A DNA stretch of 63,722 nt, filler included, from Folioceros fuciformis (lineage: Eukaryota), in NCBI GenBank assembly GCA_049999805.1. It is 11 parts of 11 records of this genome, joined end to end, with 100 filler letters (N's around TTAATTAATTAA, not from the genome) between each part and the next. Parts side by side here need not be neighbours in the genome. Positions count along the whole stretch, not along the records: positions 1 to 6,097 come from JBNGIO010001149.1; positions 6,198 to 14,384 come from JBNGIO010001150.1; 9 more parts are not named here. One strand, 5' to 3'. Both the position numbers and the translations under genes were made by a program. The notes beneath the pieces are model-generated. The model saw nothing but the letters and a program-made list of their open reading frames with translations. It did not search any database and was not told the origin of the DNA. Positions 1-12,082 of this stretch are shown here, piece by piece. Each line of letters begins with the position of its first letter. The stretch's first letter is position 1.

Positions 1-213
1 GTCATACACTCACCAAAGGAAAAGCTGAGTTGGGGTTGCGGCTGTTCTTATTCCTCTGAGCTTCATGCTTTTGCGAGCTTGTCGCTGGGAAGGTCGAAAA
101 GGAATGGTGATCACACAGGCAGCTCTGGTTTTGTGTTGCAAGTGGAGGCTCCTCTGGAACATCTCAGGAGGGCTTCGTTCTCCGTTCAATTGAATAGCGG
201 TGTGGAGTTTTAG
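1..213 (+). CDS. 3' end of a conserved uncharacterised plant protein (resembles the Arabidopsis 'Epstein-Barr nuclear antigen'-annotated family); 5' truncated
   Basis: Frame 1 is open from base 1: VIHSPKEKLSWGCGCSYSSELHAFASLSLGRSKRNGDHTGSSGFVLQVEAPLEHLRRASFSVQLNSGVEF*. The SLGRSKxNG...SFSVQLNSGxEF terminus matches my recollection of this family. It is absent from the ORF track because there is no ATG. Confidence 0.6.
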   Translation, partial: VIHSPKEKLSWGCGCSYSSELHAFASLSLGRSKRNGDHTGSSGFVLQVEAPLEHLRRASFSVQLNSGVEF

Positions 214-673
214 TGAAGTCTTGCTACGTGCTTATGAAAATTTATCTGCCAGCTATTTTCTTGGTGCATGGGAGATGTGGTTTCTGAGGGCGTCTAGTGT
301 AAATATAAGGTAAAGTGTGCCATTATGTGACTTGTAGGTAGCTTGGTACTTGCTGTACAGAGGTCAATTTACATGTATCTGTAGATGCTGTGCCGTAGCC
401 TTATTGTACATCAAGCAACAGACTTACTCACTTCGTGTGTACTTCCAAGTATTACCAGCCCGAATGCAGCCATTTTAGGAAATTGACGCTGGGCATGGCA
501 GATGCCAAAAGCACACCGAACCATCACCTCTGCGGAGGAACTGATGGATATCCAACGTGGCTCAGACATAAGAGTCATCTTGGAGACAGCAAGTAGAAGA
601 AGAAGCAGTGCCTGTGTGCAACGAACTTGTCGTATATTCACATTGATAATACAGGAATGTCCAAACCTACGAT

Positions 674-1348
674 CTACCATTTCCAGAACACATTAGATCC
701 ACACTTGTACTTTTCTTTGCCTTCACACTCGAGCTCCAAATCTTCGCTCAGGAACTTAACTTTCTGTACACCAAACACATTCGAATGAGCATACAGAGGC
801 ACATACTGTGGAAGGGAGTGACCACAAGGCCTTAGTTGCGTCGAATCGTTACCTTGAGCTTGGCAAGATCCTGGCATCCGGTGAAGTTCTCAGGGAATTT
901 ACAGGTTCCAAAATGGACAGTGTAAGCACGGGCAGTGTTGGCTCCGCTGGTGGCCAACCTCTTCTTGTCGTTCAATTCCTGTGAAGAAGAGACACGAAGT
1001 GCATGGGATGAGCGCTAGATGGAAGACGAAACGTTGCAAAAGATTCTCTTGTGCGCAACACGTGACACGAACCTTGTTTTCCGCGCTCTTCGCCAGCAAG
1101 TCCTCGATCAGACCAGCCTTGGCCTGCCCCGCGGACAGAACGCCTCCGGCCACAGTTAGAGCCGCCAAGCCTAGCAAGCGCCTCCTGCTTGCAGTCTCCT
1201 CCTGCTGGCCTGCGCTGGCCCTGACGGAAACACGGGCCGGGGCCGACACAACGGCGTGCGACGACGCGACACTAACATCGCGCGCAGAAGAAATCGCCGC
1301 GGACGACGAGATGGCGGCAGTCGATCCGAGGAAGGTGGTGGAAGCCAT
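674..1348 (-). CDS. PSAN: Photosystem I subunit N precursor; 3 exons (1348-1073, 978-853, 763-674)
   Basis: Transit peptide, twin-Arg signal (SRRRLLGL...AKA), then GLIEDLLAKSAENK|ELNDKKRLATSGANTARAYTVHFGTCKFPENFTGCQDLAK|...ECEGKEKYKCGSNVFWKW*. Both introns are GT-AG. Confidence 0.95.
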
Positions 1349-2589
1349 GGCAGCAGATCTTGTGTCGTGCAAAGGCTTAGACGCGTAGTATAGCACCTTG
1401 CATTGCCTTGCCGCGGGCGTGCCATGACTAAAGAGCACTCTTCCACCGGAAAGCGCCGGTCAGAGCATCAGCCAATGGACGCGCCACTTTCAGGATAGGC
1501 CTATCTCCCTCCGTGAGGTGCGCAACCGTGGCTAAGGCTTGTCACTTTTTGACTTGTATTATGTCCAGTTTCAGTGGATGCTTGCGAGACTGATCTGAGA
1601 ATAGAAATCATACTGTAAATTCTTCTTCCTACGATTTTACTCGACAGGTTTTCGTCCATGGCTATCTTAAGAGTGTTGAAAAAATTTCTCCTTGCTAATC
1701 AATGGACCGGGGCGAGAGGAAAGGCCGGGAACATGGGGCACCAATCTTTAAATTGACTATCTACGGATGCTTTCGATACAGTTTGTTTACGAGCATGTGC
1801 GATTGAGCTCGTCTCTCTTGAGATCATGTTGCTAGATTCTAGGAGGCTGGAGTTGGGAAAAGGAGGACTAGGAATTTTGCAAACACCTACGCAATTCCTG
1901 TGAAATTGCAAAGGGGAACGAAGAGTTTTGTAAAGCATTTGCTTGCGACTTTGTAAACGTTATGGGTCCGCAAAGTGGAGCAACCCAGTGCTGCTGATCA
2001 GAGTATGAGAAGGAAATTGACCTTCTTCCCAACCCTGATCTCCCAGCCCCTTGCCCTCAACTGCTTCAGCCAACTTCTGTTCTTGACTGGATCACCACTC
2101 ACTCCTGGCGCTTGTTTAACAGACTCCGTATCTGCAGCTGCCATCAGAAAGAAACAAATTGAAGTCATGCTTGAAGGGTGTGATCTGGAGGCGGTGTCAA
2201 TTCTGGACCGTCATCGAGATCTGGGCCCATCAAGCGGAGTACTGAACAGCGAAGCAGTAATCCACATAAAATTGCAGAACAATGCATCCTTGACATTGTC
2301 TTGAGCTCTCTCAAAGCAGAAGGATACTAGCTCCTGTGTTTTGGGACCTTTTGCAGTGGTGATCGACTTCTTTGCTTGGGGTTGTTGTTTAGGCCAGTCA
2401 CCCGCTTCAAGGGGAAAAGGATGCGAGCCCACCACCACCTCTGAAAAATTTGAATAGCTCCAGAATAGCATCGCTGTGTACGACGTGCTACTAAGAAACA
2501 TCTGCGAGCTGCATGCAGTAGCTAGCTCCTAGTCTCTTACTAGCCCTGATGCCGCCTTGGTCCACGGTATTCGACTTCTTGTGGATGGC

Positions 2590-3119
2590 CATCATCTTTG
2601 CTGTCTCAATCCACACAAAGTTTCGGTATTCGTTGGACAAGATTCCTCTCCAGGTGCCAGGGGCCCCACCTTCCTTCTACCTGCTCCTCCATCCACACAT
2701 CTGACAGCAAGTGGACGGCCAAATGTCAGTCTCCCATTCATCCGAGCTTTGGCAGTTTCTCCATCCTGCAGAACGTTCTTTTAAGAGGCTGTCATCGAAT
2801 GAGAATGCAGTGACGACCTCAAAACAAATTCATTGCTAATTACCTCTCGTTTAGAGAACTCCACAAACGCAAATCCTCCGGGCTCTCCCCGCCTAGGACC
2901 GCGAGTGTGGCACACGAAGCTGTTCAAGCCTGGTCCTGCCGAAGGGGGAGACATGGTATGACATCTGTGCAAATCCATTGAGGAGTAACAAGCATGAGCT
3001 TACAAGAACCATGAAATCCACTCATCAAGCAGCAGAACAGAAACTAACTCTGTCACACGGCAGTCCAAATTGCCAACATGCATCTTGTTCTCACGGTTCT
3101 CCCGCTCAAAATCAGAGTT
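2590..3119 (-). pseudogene. RBM18-like RRM RNA-binding gene, apparently degenerate; outer exons uncertain
   Basis: Exons encode KMHVGNLDCRVTE (RNP2), HTRGPRRGEPGGFAFVEFSKRE (RNP1) and AKARMNGRLTFGRPLAVR. A compensating -1/+1 indel pair lies at about 2916-2954, and the likely upstream exon contains an in-frame TAG. Confidence 0.6.
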
Positions 3120-4659
3120 CTGCAAGCTGCACACAATCCATGCCAAGTTGGTGACGCAGACCCCACATTTCTGACCAGCTTAGAACCAACACCACTCACC
3201 CGGACTCGATTCAAAGAATTATCCCCCTTCTTAGACGATTGCTCCTATCTTCTGAGAAGGGGAAGCATCATTCCTCAGTGACTGATCGCCGGCAACTTGC
3301 ACCGGATTCAGCACAAAGGAAAGGAGGATACTAACCTGACGCCGGCATGCCTACTGCCAGCCCAGCCCAGTGCACCCGATCTTGCCTCACTTCATGATCA
3401 GCAGCATTAAGAGAATCCTAAGGCCCAGGACTGCTCTCACCGCTCAAAGGCCGTGGGCATAAAAGAGAGAGCTCGGGGACGTGAGGGACCATAGTCTGTG
3501 CAGGATTGTGCTAGACCAGCTACCCGAGAGTTAGGAATGGCGCGTCTGGCCGCGTTTGTGTTCTGATTGGCATCTTTGAGCTTGTGAGGGATTATGACCA
3601 GACCAGGAGAGCCAAAAAGAGCAATCAATGCCGGTCTGGATGCGAGAAACTTTACACTGCAAGGAAGACATTATTGAGCATACCGACCGACAAGACAGTC
3701 ACGGCCATGCCAGTGAGCTCATTGGTTCCTCCTGAATACTCCGTGTTCGCTTTCCGACAAGCTTTTGCACATGCTGCACCTAAGTTGTCTGAAGCCGTCC
3801 GCAACAAAATGATTAGCCTTGGAATTCATGGGAAACAGGTCATATGTATCTTTATAGAAGAAATCAACAGTTGGCATCAGGTAGATGGATTGAACTGACA
3901 TTCATGTACAGGGCTGACTACCTACTTCTTGTGTGCTTTCCAGCAACAGATTCAAAGGTTGTCACGAAATCTGCTGCAAAGCTGCTCGAACGCAGCCATA
4001 TCACAACAAGTTGTCTAGCACAACTGCACATAACGATTTGCTGATCACATAGCAAAGCAGCAGCACCAGCTAGCCTCTTGTCTCATGAAGTTCGGGAGGA
4101 GCTCGCACACCTGATGCTGTGCTGTATGCTTCACTGAGAAACTGAGCAGCGCGGAATATTCAGAGAAGCACAAGGCATCATGTCCTGCTGACTCAGCCGC
4201 TGTCCATGGCAGTGAATTCTCAGCTATTTGCTTCCACAGCAAATGGCCGAAGAACAATGCGGATCGGTTCTCACGATTTACAACAGCTGGAGAAGCGTTG
4301 GAAGGTTGGAAAGTACAAGAGAGTTTTCAAGGTGAGCAACAACGAAGTCGTTGGCCATCGAGATCACAGAAAGCTGGCGAACGGCAACGAAGTGCGCAGG
4401 TTCCATGGCAAAGCTGTGTGTGGTGCAGTTTGGGTGCCAATTCAAAAACCAGGCTCTGTAACACCATTCAATCGCTCACTTCTTGACACTGGCCGGCTCG
4501 AAGCCGGCCAGTGTCAAGAAGTGAGCGGTTGAAGTCATTTGTGCTGCATCAAACTCAAATGAAGTCCTAACCTCGTTTGACGTGAATGCCAAGGCCTCCA
4601 GGCAAAGCAAGAGCCCTTCTGCTGGCGTCGGTCACAACGGTTCATCTGCAATAGTTCGA

Positions 4660-6097
<1,438 letters not shown>

Positions 6098-6197
6098 NNN
6101 NNNNNNNNNNNNNNNNNNNNNNNNNNNNNNNNNNNNNNNNNTTAATTAATTAANNNNNNNNNNNNNNNNNNNNNNNNNNNNNNNNNNNNNNNNNNNN
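6098..6197. other. Artificial contig spacer
   Basis: N44-TTAATTAATTAA-N44; the 12-mer gives stops in all six frames. Confidence 0.99.
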
Positions 6198-6201
6198 TTA
6201 A

Positions 6202-6247
6202 TTAGACTAATGTGATTAGTCTAATTAGACTAATCACATTAGTCTAA
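6202..6247. repeat. Perfect 46-bp nested palindrome
   Basis: TTAGACTAATGTGATTAGTCTAA followed directly by its reverse complement. Each half is itself a 10-bp-stem hairpin. Confidence 0.9.
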
Positions 6248-6277
6248 GCACATTGGGCTTTAATAACCCTACAGCCT

Positions 6278-6885
6278 AGAGAGAGCGGGGTATACTCTTC
6301 TTACAGGTTGTTCAATTAGAGCGGACTTGTACCTTGTCTGTGGCGACCAGGTTGTGGTGGCAGATGTAGTGGTTACTGACCCCGCATGTGACACTACCTC
6401 CGCTTAGGTCATCACCAACCGTCCGAGCTGGGCTGCTGCTCGTGCAGCGGCTCTCAAGGTCCACAAATATAGCAGGATGCAAGTGGGCCACCTCTTTATC
6501 CCGCTTGCGCTAGAAACATATGGGGCAATGGCGGAGGACTTTGACAAATTCGTCAAGTCCTGCGCCAAAGCATACCATGCGTGCATGCATAACACAAGGC
6601 TATCCCTCTCATACTTCACAGCAGATTTTCGACAACGAATTTCTATCACCCTTCAATGAGCGCTCGCAACGGCGATCCTTCACAAGGCAGCGACTGCAGG
6701 TGACGCAGTTTCCTCTACCCCCACGGTTTGCAGGCCATTTATTCTCCCTCCATATGACATTGTGGGTGCAGTCTGTGACTTCCGGTAGGGAGTCCAATTG
6801 CTCCTCGTCATCTCGACCTCCGGGTCCCTTTTTGGTTTAAACCCTCCTAGATGGGCCCCTCCCATCGTTCTTTATCACAATAAAT
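6278..6885 (+). mobile_element. 5'-truncated CRE-like non-LTR retrotransposon relic (restriction-like endonuclease domain and 3' UTR)
   Basis: One frame reads IRADLYL...VADVVVTDP...ALKVHKY...FIPLALETYG...FRQRISITLQ with two internal stops. Homologous to 49567-50282. Confidence 0.8.
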
Positions 6886-7582
6886 CACATTGTAGCTTTT
6901 TCCAGCATGTATCTCTCATCCTCATTAAGGCAAATTCTTCTTGCAATAGCAAATTCTTCAATAAATATTTACATGTGATGTTGCTTCCTCTTCCACTCTA
7001 CTTTGTAGAGCACTTTGTTCTCCATGCCTGAAATATTTGAGGAGCATTAGCTTCCCTCCAATGGCAAACTTTACATACTCCTATCTATATATCTTGACCA
7101 TTGGTCTTTATCTTTTGATTATATTTTATTACTTCATTCATTATATTTTTCCGAATCAAAAATTTGAGTACCTTTAAATGTACTAGTAATGAAACAAGCG
7201 GAAAATCTCGTTTCCAAGGACACCGACAGGGGTTAAAATCCGCATAATTCATCGCATCCTTGCCTAGTAGCGGGCTCCACAAAACTATTCTTCCACCACA
7301 TCGAGGAAGCCTACTCAGATTTGAACCGGGTGTAGACGTTACTGAATGGAGAAACCCCAATCTGCCAATGAACTTTAACAGGAAGCAAAACCTCCTTAGC
7401 CAAAATTGGACCTATACAGATAGAACCGGGATACAATTTTTTGACTTGACGGATTAGGTACTGACTTTTCTCGTTCTTGACCCCTTTCCTAATCATAAAC
7501 TGCTGCACCACTAAATGAGGTCGGACCGGTGCAAATGAAGAACCAGAAAAAAAAGAGAGTAGAACACACATCAAATCTGCTC

Positions 7583-9771
7583 TCAAACAGGTATTCCGTA
7601 GCTGGCAATCTTCGTTATGGTTTTGTTCAATTCCAGCCTCTGTTCCTTCACTTCAGCAGCCATGGAAGCCACCTGTCACAAGAAGCTAAGTCTGAATATA
7701 CCGGAACCCTTTACCAAATTCGAAGATGGTCAGAAAGCCTGGTCTCACCTCGGCGCGCAACTTCAAAGCTTCCCGTCCTGGCAATTCTCTCAAATTCGAC
7801 ATCAGTCCTGCGAAGACCATAACAAGCCCTCCTTAGTTCACATTCACTAAACAACGCAACCATAGGTTCTATTGGGATAAGGCCAAGCTACCAGATGCGC
7901 CGCTTTCAGTCTTATACACGTTCTTCACCAGGGCAGCAAGTTGACCACCTGTGCTCCTGGACACCCAGGCCAAAATGTAAGGACTCGATACACTCAACCG
8001 TATGGTTCCACCACGCATAGGAGAGGTCCACAAGGGACAGTATTTCATCGTTGATAGGCTATCACAGCGAAAAAGATATCTGAAGAGGCACACGTACAGG
8101 CCACAAGGCTTTACACCACCTACTTGAGCTTGGAACGCCCTCTTTGGAATTCTTCTTCAGCAAGCTTTGCTCTCTCCTGTACGAGGACCCGATCCAGACA
8201 GGAATTACACTAGGCCCCCTAATGATAGCAGGAGTAGAACACAATTCGCAATATGTGGACACCAAGCTTTCCAATGAGAAGAATCGCAACTAACAACCAA
8301 AGAAGGACGCTTGCTCACAAGGTGATACTAAAACCTCAAGTTTCTTGGTTTCATTCTTCAACAGGTCAACGGACTGCCGCATCTCCTTGACTTTGTTCTC
8401 TGCATTAGCAAGCATGGCCTGAAAGATGGAGAGAAACAAAATTACATAAGCCGAACCCTACTGTTCAAAAGACAGCGCAACCAGCTTCACAAAATCAGCT
8501 TAAATTAGACGCAAGAAGAAATTGTGTAAATCAAGTTCAGGAGCCCTATAATGGCGGGACACCAAAACAAAAGATCAGAACTGGTCACACACGACTGTGC
8601 TCCCAATCAACGGAACATCAGTACATGCCTCCGCCCACCCTACCGCTAGAGAAACCGTGTGCTAGGGATTGCATACCTCCTCACTTCGGAAACGTCCAAG
8701 AGTAATTCGAAACAGGAATCTCCTTGGGGCTGCCAACATCAACAAGGCCTGAGTGATGTAACATTGGTCAACTGCAAGAAACTCTCTCAAACACCTGCGA
8801 ACAGGAAGGTGGGAAGAAGGTAGGAAGTAAACCAGGGGCGGAATCTACTCCTGAATAGCGTGAATTGACGAAAAGAGAAAGCCCACACTTATCAGAGAGT
8901 CTTAACATACTTCGCATGAGAAGGAGAGCTCCTGCAGTTGCTACTGCTCCAGTCACTGTCGGGTGGTTACTTGCAATCCGAATGCCCTCTGATATACATT
9001 GACGAATGCAGATGTTCAGCCGGCTAACACAGGGCAGACGATGCAAATGAAGACATGTCCAACAGACGATTTTTCCTAGTTCACCATAATTCTCCTGGAA
9101 AGCTCTATACCTTTAATGTGATCGAAGAATATGTCCTCATACTTCCTGTAGTGATGAGCACCTGTATGAACAATACTCTGGACCACAGCAGCAAGTTGTG
9201 TGAAGCGAGAATTACAACCCGAAGAAGTCGCAAACCCCGAAAAAGAGCAGGCAGATGCAAGCGCGCCGGCGGCTTGCCTATTTTACGGCAAGGAGCGAAA
9301 CAACGAGCACACAGAAGTCACAGGAATTTTCGCATCCACCTGTGCTGTCTCTATGTGCTCGGAGGACGCGAGGCCGATATTGCTGATCTGAGACCGAGCC
9401 GTCTGTAACGCACTGTCGGTAGTCTGGACCACACTTCGTGCCAGGTCCTCTGCTTGCGCTGAAGAGGACCGCAAAAACTTTCGCAAATCAAAATCGGAGA
9501 CTTTGGTGGCAGGACTCTCCGGCCCTGCAGCAGTGGCATTACGGTCCCCCTCATTTGACCCCTGTGCCACGGCGAGTTGAGGGGCTTCCTCTTCTGATCC
9601 TCCGATAGACAGGAGAGAACCCCCTTGAGGGACTTCCTCTTCTGATCCTCCGATTGGCAAGGGAGAAGACTCTTCAGTGCGCTCCGAGAAGAAAACGGAG
9701 GGAGGTGGGTGTGGAGGCAGCGAGGATGGAGGGGGAGCGGTGGCCGCGCCATCAGCGTCTGAATCTGCCAT
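7583..9771 (-). CDS. RHIP1: RGS1-HXK1-interacting protein 1-like, multi-exon
   Basis: Spliced exons: MADSDADG...HIETAQ|, YRKYEDIFFDHIK|, APRRFLFRITLGRFRSEE|, AMLANAENKVKEMRQSVDLLKNETKKLE|, ERAKLAEEEFQRGRSKLK|, LRELPGREALKLRAE|, VASMAAEVKEQRLELNKTITKIASYGIPV*. Confidence 0.85.
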
Positions 9772-10096
9772 GGTCCGTCCCAGTCTGCGATTCCCTGAGT
9801 TACGCACCGTCTTCCTTTGAGATTTTCAGTGTCCGCTCATAGAACGGGTCGGCTTTTTGAGAGAGGCCCCGTTAGCAAACCCGGTCTGTCTGCCCTAATT
9901 CGCGTCTGGCACTGACTGAATTGCCCGGAGCTCGTTCCTGCACTTTGTGCAAGCCAATCCATCGAATTGTGTTCGGATTGCAGTGTGTTGGAGGAGTATG
10001 CATGTGGGAAGCGTACCCACACGAGCACCATGGAGGGCATGAATTACTGCTTCGAACGAAGATAAACGGCATGGAACTAGCATGCCGGGGAAAGTG

Positions 10097-11572
10097 TCAT
10101 AGCCAATTCCTTATCAGTCGAGCTGCCGCTCGTATGATGGGCCCGCTGGATCGATTTGGTCTGGAGAAGATGCCAGAATGCACTGTCTCTGCGCCGCTGT
10201 AGAGAGAATCCCGCTCTAGCCGTAGCCTCTTCTGCAGATGCGCGTCCTTGGTCACAAGGAACAGCTGAGCCTCCAGATCCCGGTGCCTGGAGCGATGCCC
10301 AAAGTTTGAGCTCCCAATGATCGTGACGCTGGGACAGCCGGAGCCGCCGGGTCGGTCCGGCAGCGCGCACCAGGCGCCCTTGGCATGGAAGGTCCAGCCC
10401 GGCCTGTGGTATTCTTGGATGCGCACGCGGCCCTGAGCTGTGGCTTCCTGGCAACGGCTGTGGAACTGCTGCTCGTAGACGGAGTAGATGTGCGGGATGA
10501 ATCTGGAGACGCCAGCGGAGCCGTAGAAGCCGTTGGCCTGCGGGGAGGCTGTGAGGATGTGCAGGTTTTTGTCGCCTGCAGCGGCGTGGAGCGCGGACTC
10601 TAATTCTGGGGTGAGGTTGAAGTATGCGGAAGCCAGATGGATGTGTGAGCCTGTGGGCATGTTGTTGAGGAGCCAGAGAGTGCAGAGTTCATCTTGCAGA
10701 ATGGCCAATGGCCCCATCTGGAGGGTGGGCAACACCCAGGTGCTGCTCCTGTGTAGCATAGAGGCCTGTGACTGTGGTTCTTCTAGCTTCATTTCCCTCC
10801 TCACCGCATCGCCCATTCGCTTGCGAAAAAGAGAGGGGTCCTGCACCGGATCCACCATGGTTGGAGGAGGCAAGAGCTGCCCTGTCTTGTCCAGCGTGTA
10901 GGAGAATGAGGCAACGGTGTCAACCAGTCGAAAGAGCCAGCTTGCCAGATCCTTGCAGCCGGAGAAGAGCATGTACCGGTCCTGCCTGTCGGTGAAGTAG
11001 GATGTGCTCAGGTTGGCTCCGGTCATCAGCACCGTATCGTCGAAGACATAAGCTTTGATGTGGAACACCCCCATGCCCTCATTGAATCTGGCAGGCAACA
11101 CCAGCTTCACAGCCCCGGCGAGGTCCGGAGTGTGGTATAGGGACACGCTCAATCTGCCGTCGTCTCCTGCTGCTCCTGATCGCCTCCACTTGGCTTTGTT
11201 TGACAGAAGCATGTCACAGAGCATCCCTGAGCTGGAGGTAAAGCAAGGGGATTCCCTGGTGGGTCGTGTGGACCTGAGGGCATCGAACAACAAGGTGACG
11301 CGGAGTGCCGGGTTGCTAGCCAGGGCCTCTCCCACGGCATCCAGCAGTTGTTGCTCCAGCTGGCCCGTGCCCACATACAGGGACGCCATCACCACCCTCT
11401 CTCTTGCGTTTTTGATGCCATCCAGGAGGGCGCGGTAGAAATCTGCAGGAGATTCCAGAATCTTTACGCTGTCGCTGCCCACCGGAAAGATGTGGCCTGT
11501 ATCTGCGAGTCCCCGCAGTAGCACATCATGAAAGCTATTCTCCTCCATCTGCTCCAGGTTGCGGCAAGCCAT
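10097..11572 (-). CDS. PGS1: PLD-superfamily CDP-diacylglycerol:glycerol-3-phosphate phosphatidyltransferase (PGS1-type), intronless
   Basis: 491-aa ORF with SLYVGTG, HIKAYVFDD...TGANLSTSYFTDRQDRY, SAYFN, ASPQANGFYG and TFHAKG...GSSNFGHRSRHRDLEAQ, which are the two-HKD motifs of fungal/animal PGS1. Confidence 0.9.
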   Translation of the reverse strand: MACRNLEQMEENSFHDVLLRGLADTGHIFPVGSDSVKILESPADFYRALLDGIKNARERVVMASLYVGTGQLEQQLLDAVGEALASNPALRVTLLFDALRSTRPTRESPCFTSSSGMLCDMLLSNKAKWRRSGAAGDDGRLSVSLYHTPDLAGAVKLVLPARFNEGMGVFHIKAYVFDDTVLMTGANLSTSYFTDRQDRYMLFSGCKDLASWLFRLVDTVASFSYTLDKTGQLLPPPTMVDPVQDPSLFRKRMGDAVRREMKLEEPQSQASMLHRSSTWVLPTLQMGPLAILQDELCTLWLLNNMPTGSHIHLASAYFNLTPELESALHAAAGDKNLHILTASPQANGFYGSAGVSRFIPHIYSVYEQQFHSRCQEATAQGRVRIQEYHRPGWTFHAKGAWCALPDRPGGSGCPSVTIIGSSNFGHRSRHRDLEAQLFLVTKDAHLQKRLRLERDSLYSGAETVHSGIFSRPNRSSGPIIRAAARLIRNWL

Positions 11573-12082
11573 AGCCCCTGAAACTACCGGACCTAAAGAT
11601 TAGTGCTGGTATCGTGACCTAAACTCCTCCCTATCCATTGCCAGCCATCCTACAGGGTATCTGGAAGTGATTGGCCGAACTCCTGGGCTCTCCGGCGGTT
11701 GTAGTGCTGCCGCCTTCCCTGTGATTGCTGCCGGAACGACCTGAGGACAAAATTTCGTCTTCGGGATCACTCGAGGGCCTCCACAACCCCCTGACCTCAA
11801 CAAGCCAGCACTGGGAATGTCGTGGGCCAAGTGTTAATCATACACATTATCAAGAACAGCATGCAAGACCTATAGTAAGATCCCCCCTTGGGATTGGATG
11901 TCTGATTAGTAAGCGAGGGAGCTTATTAGGAGGGAGCAAGTTCTGCTGACTGACGTCCTTCCTGTTGATGCAAACTGACAATCCAATTCGTGTTACAAAC
12001 GTAACTGGACAGGGACCTTTTTGAACGTCAAATGAGGAAGCTATGCTAAAGTCCCGGCTGCATTGCTTTGGGTGCACTAGAA

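Noticed and set aside
899-1438. 179-aa ORF as the complete PsaN
   Set aside because: It reads through an intron and begins upstream of the likely ATG at 1348. The spliced three-exon model gives the canonical C-terminus.
3584-3898. Exon-like peptide LVPPEYSVFAFRQAFAHAAPKLSEAVRNKMISLG
   Set aside because: It looks protein-like, but I could not assign it to a family or build a gene model. A tBLASTx search would settle it.
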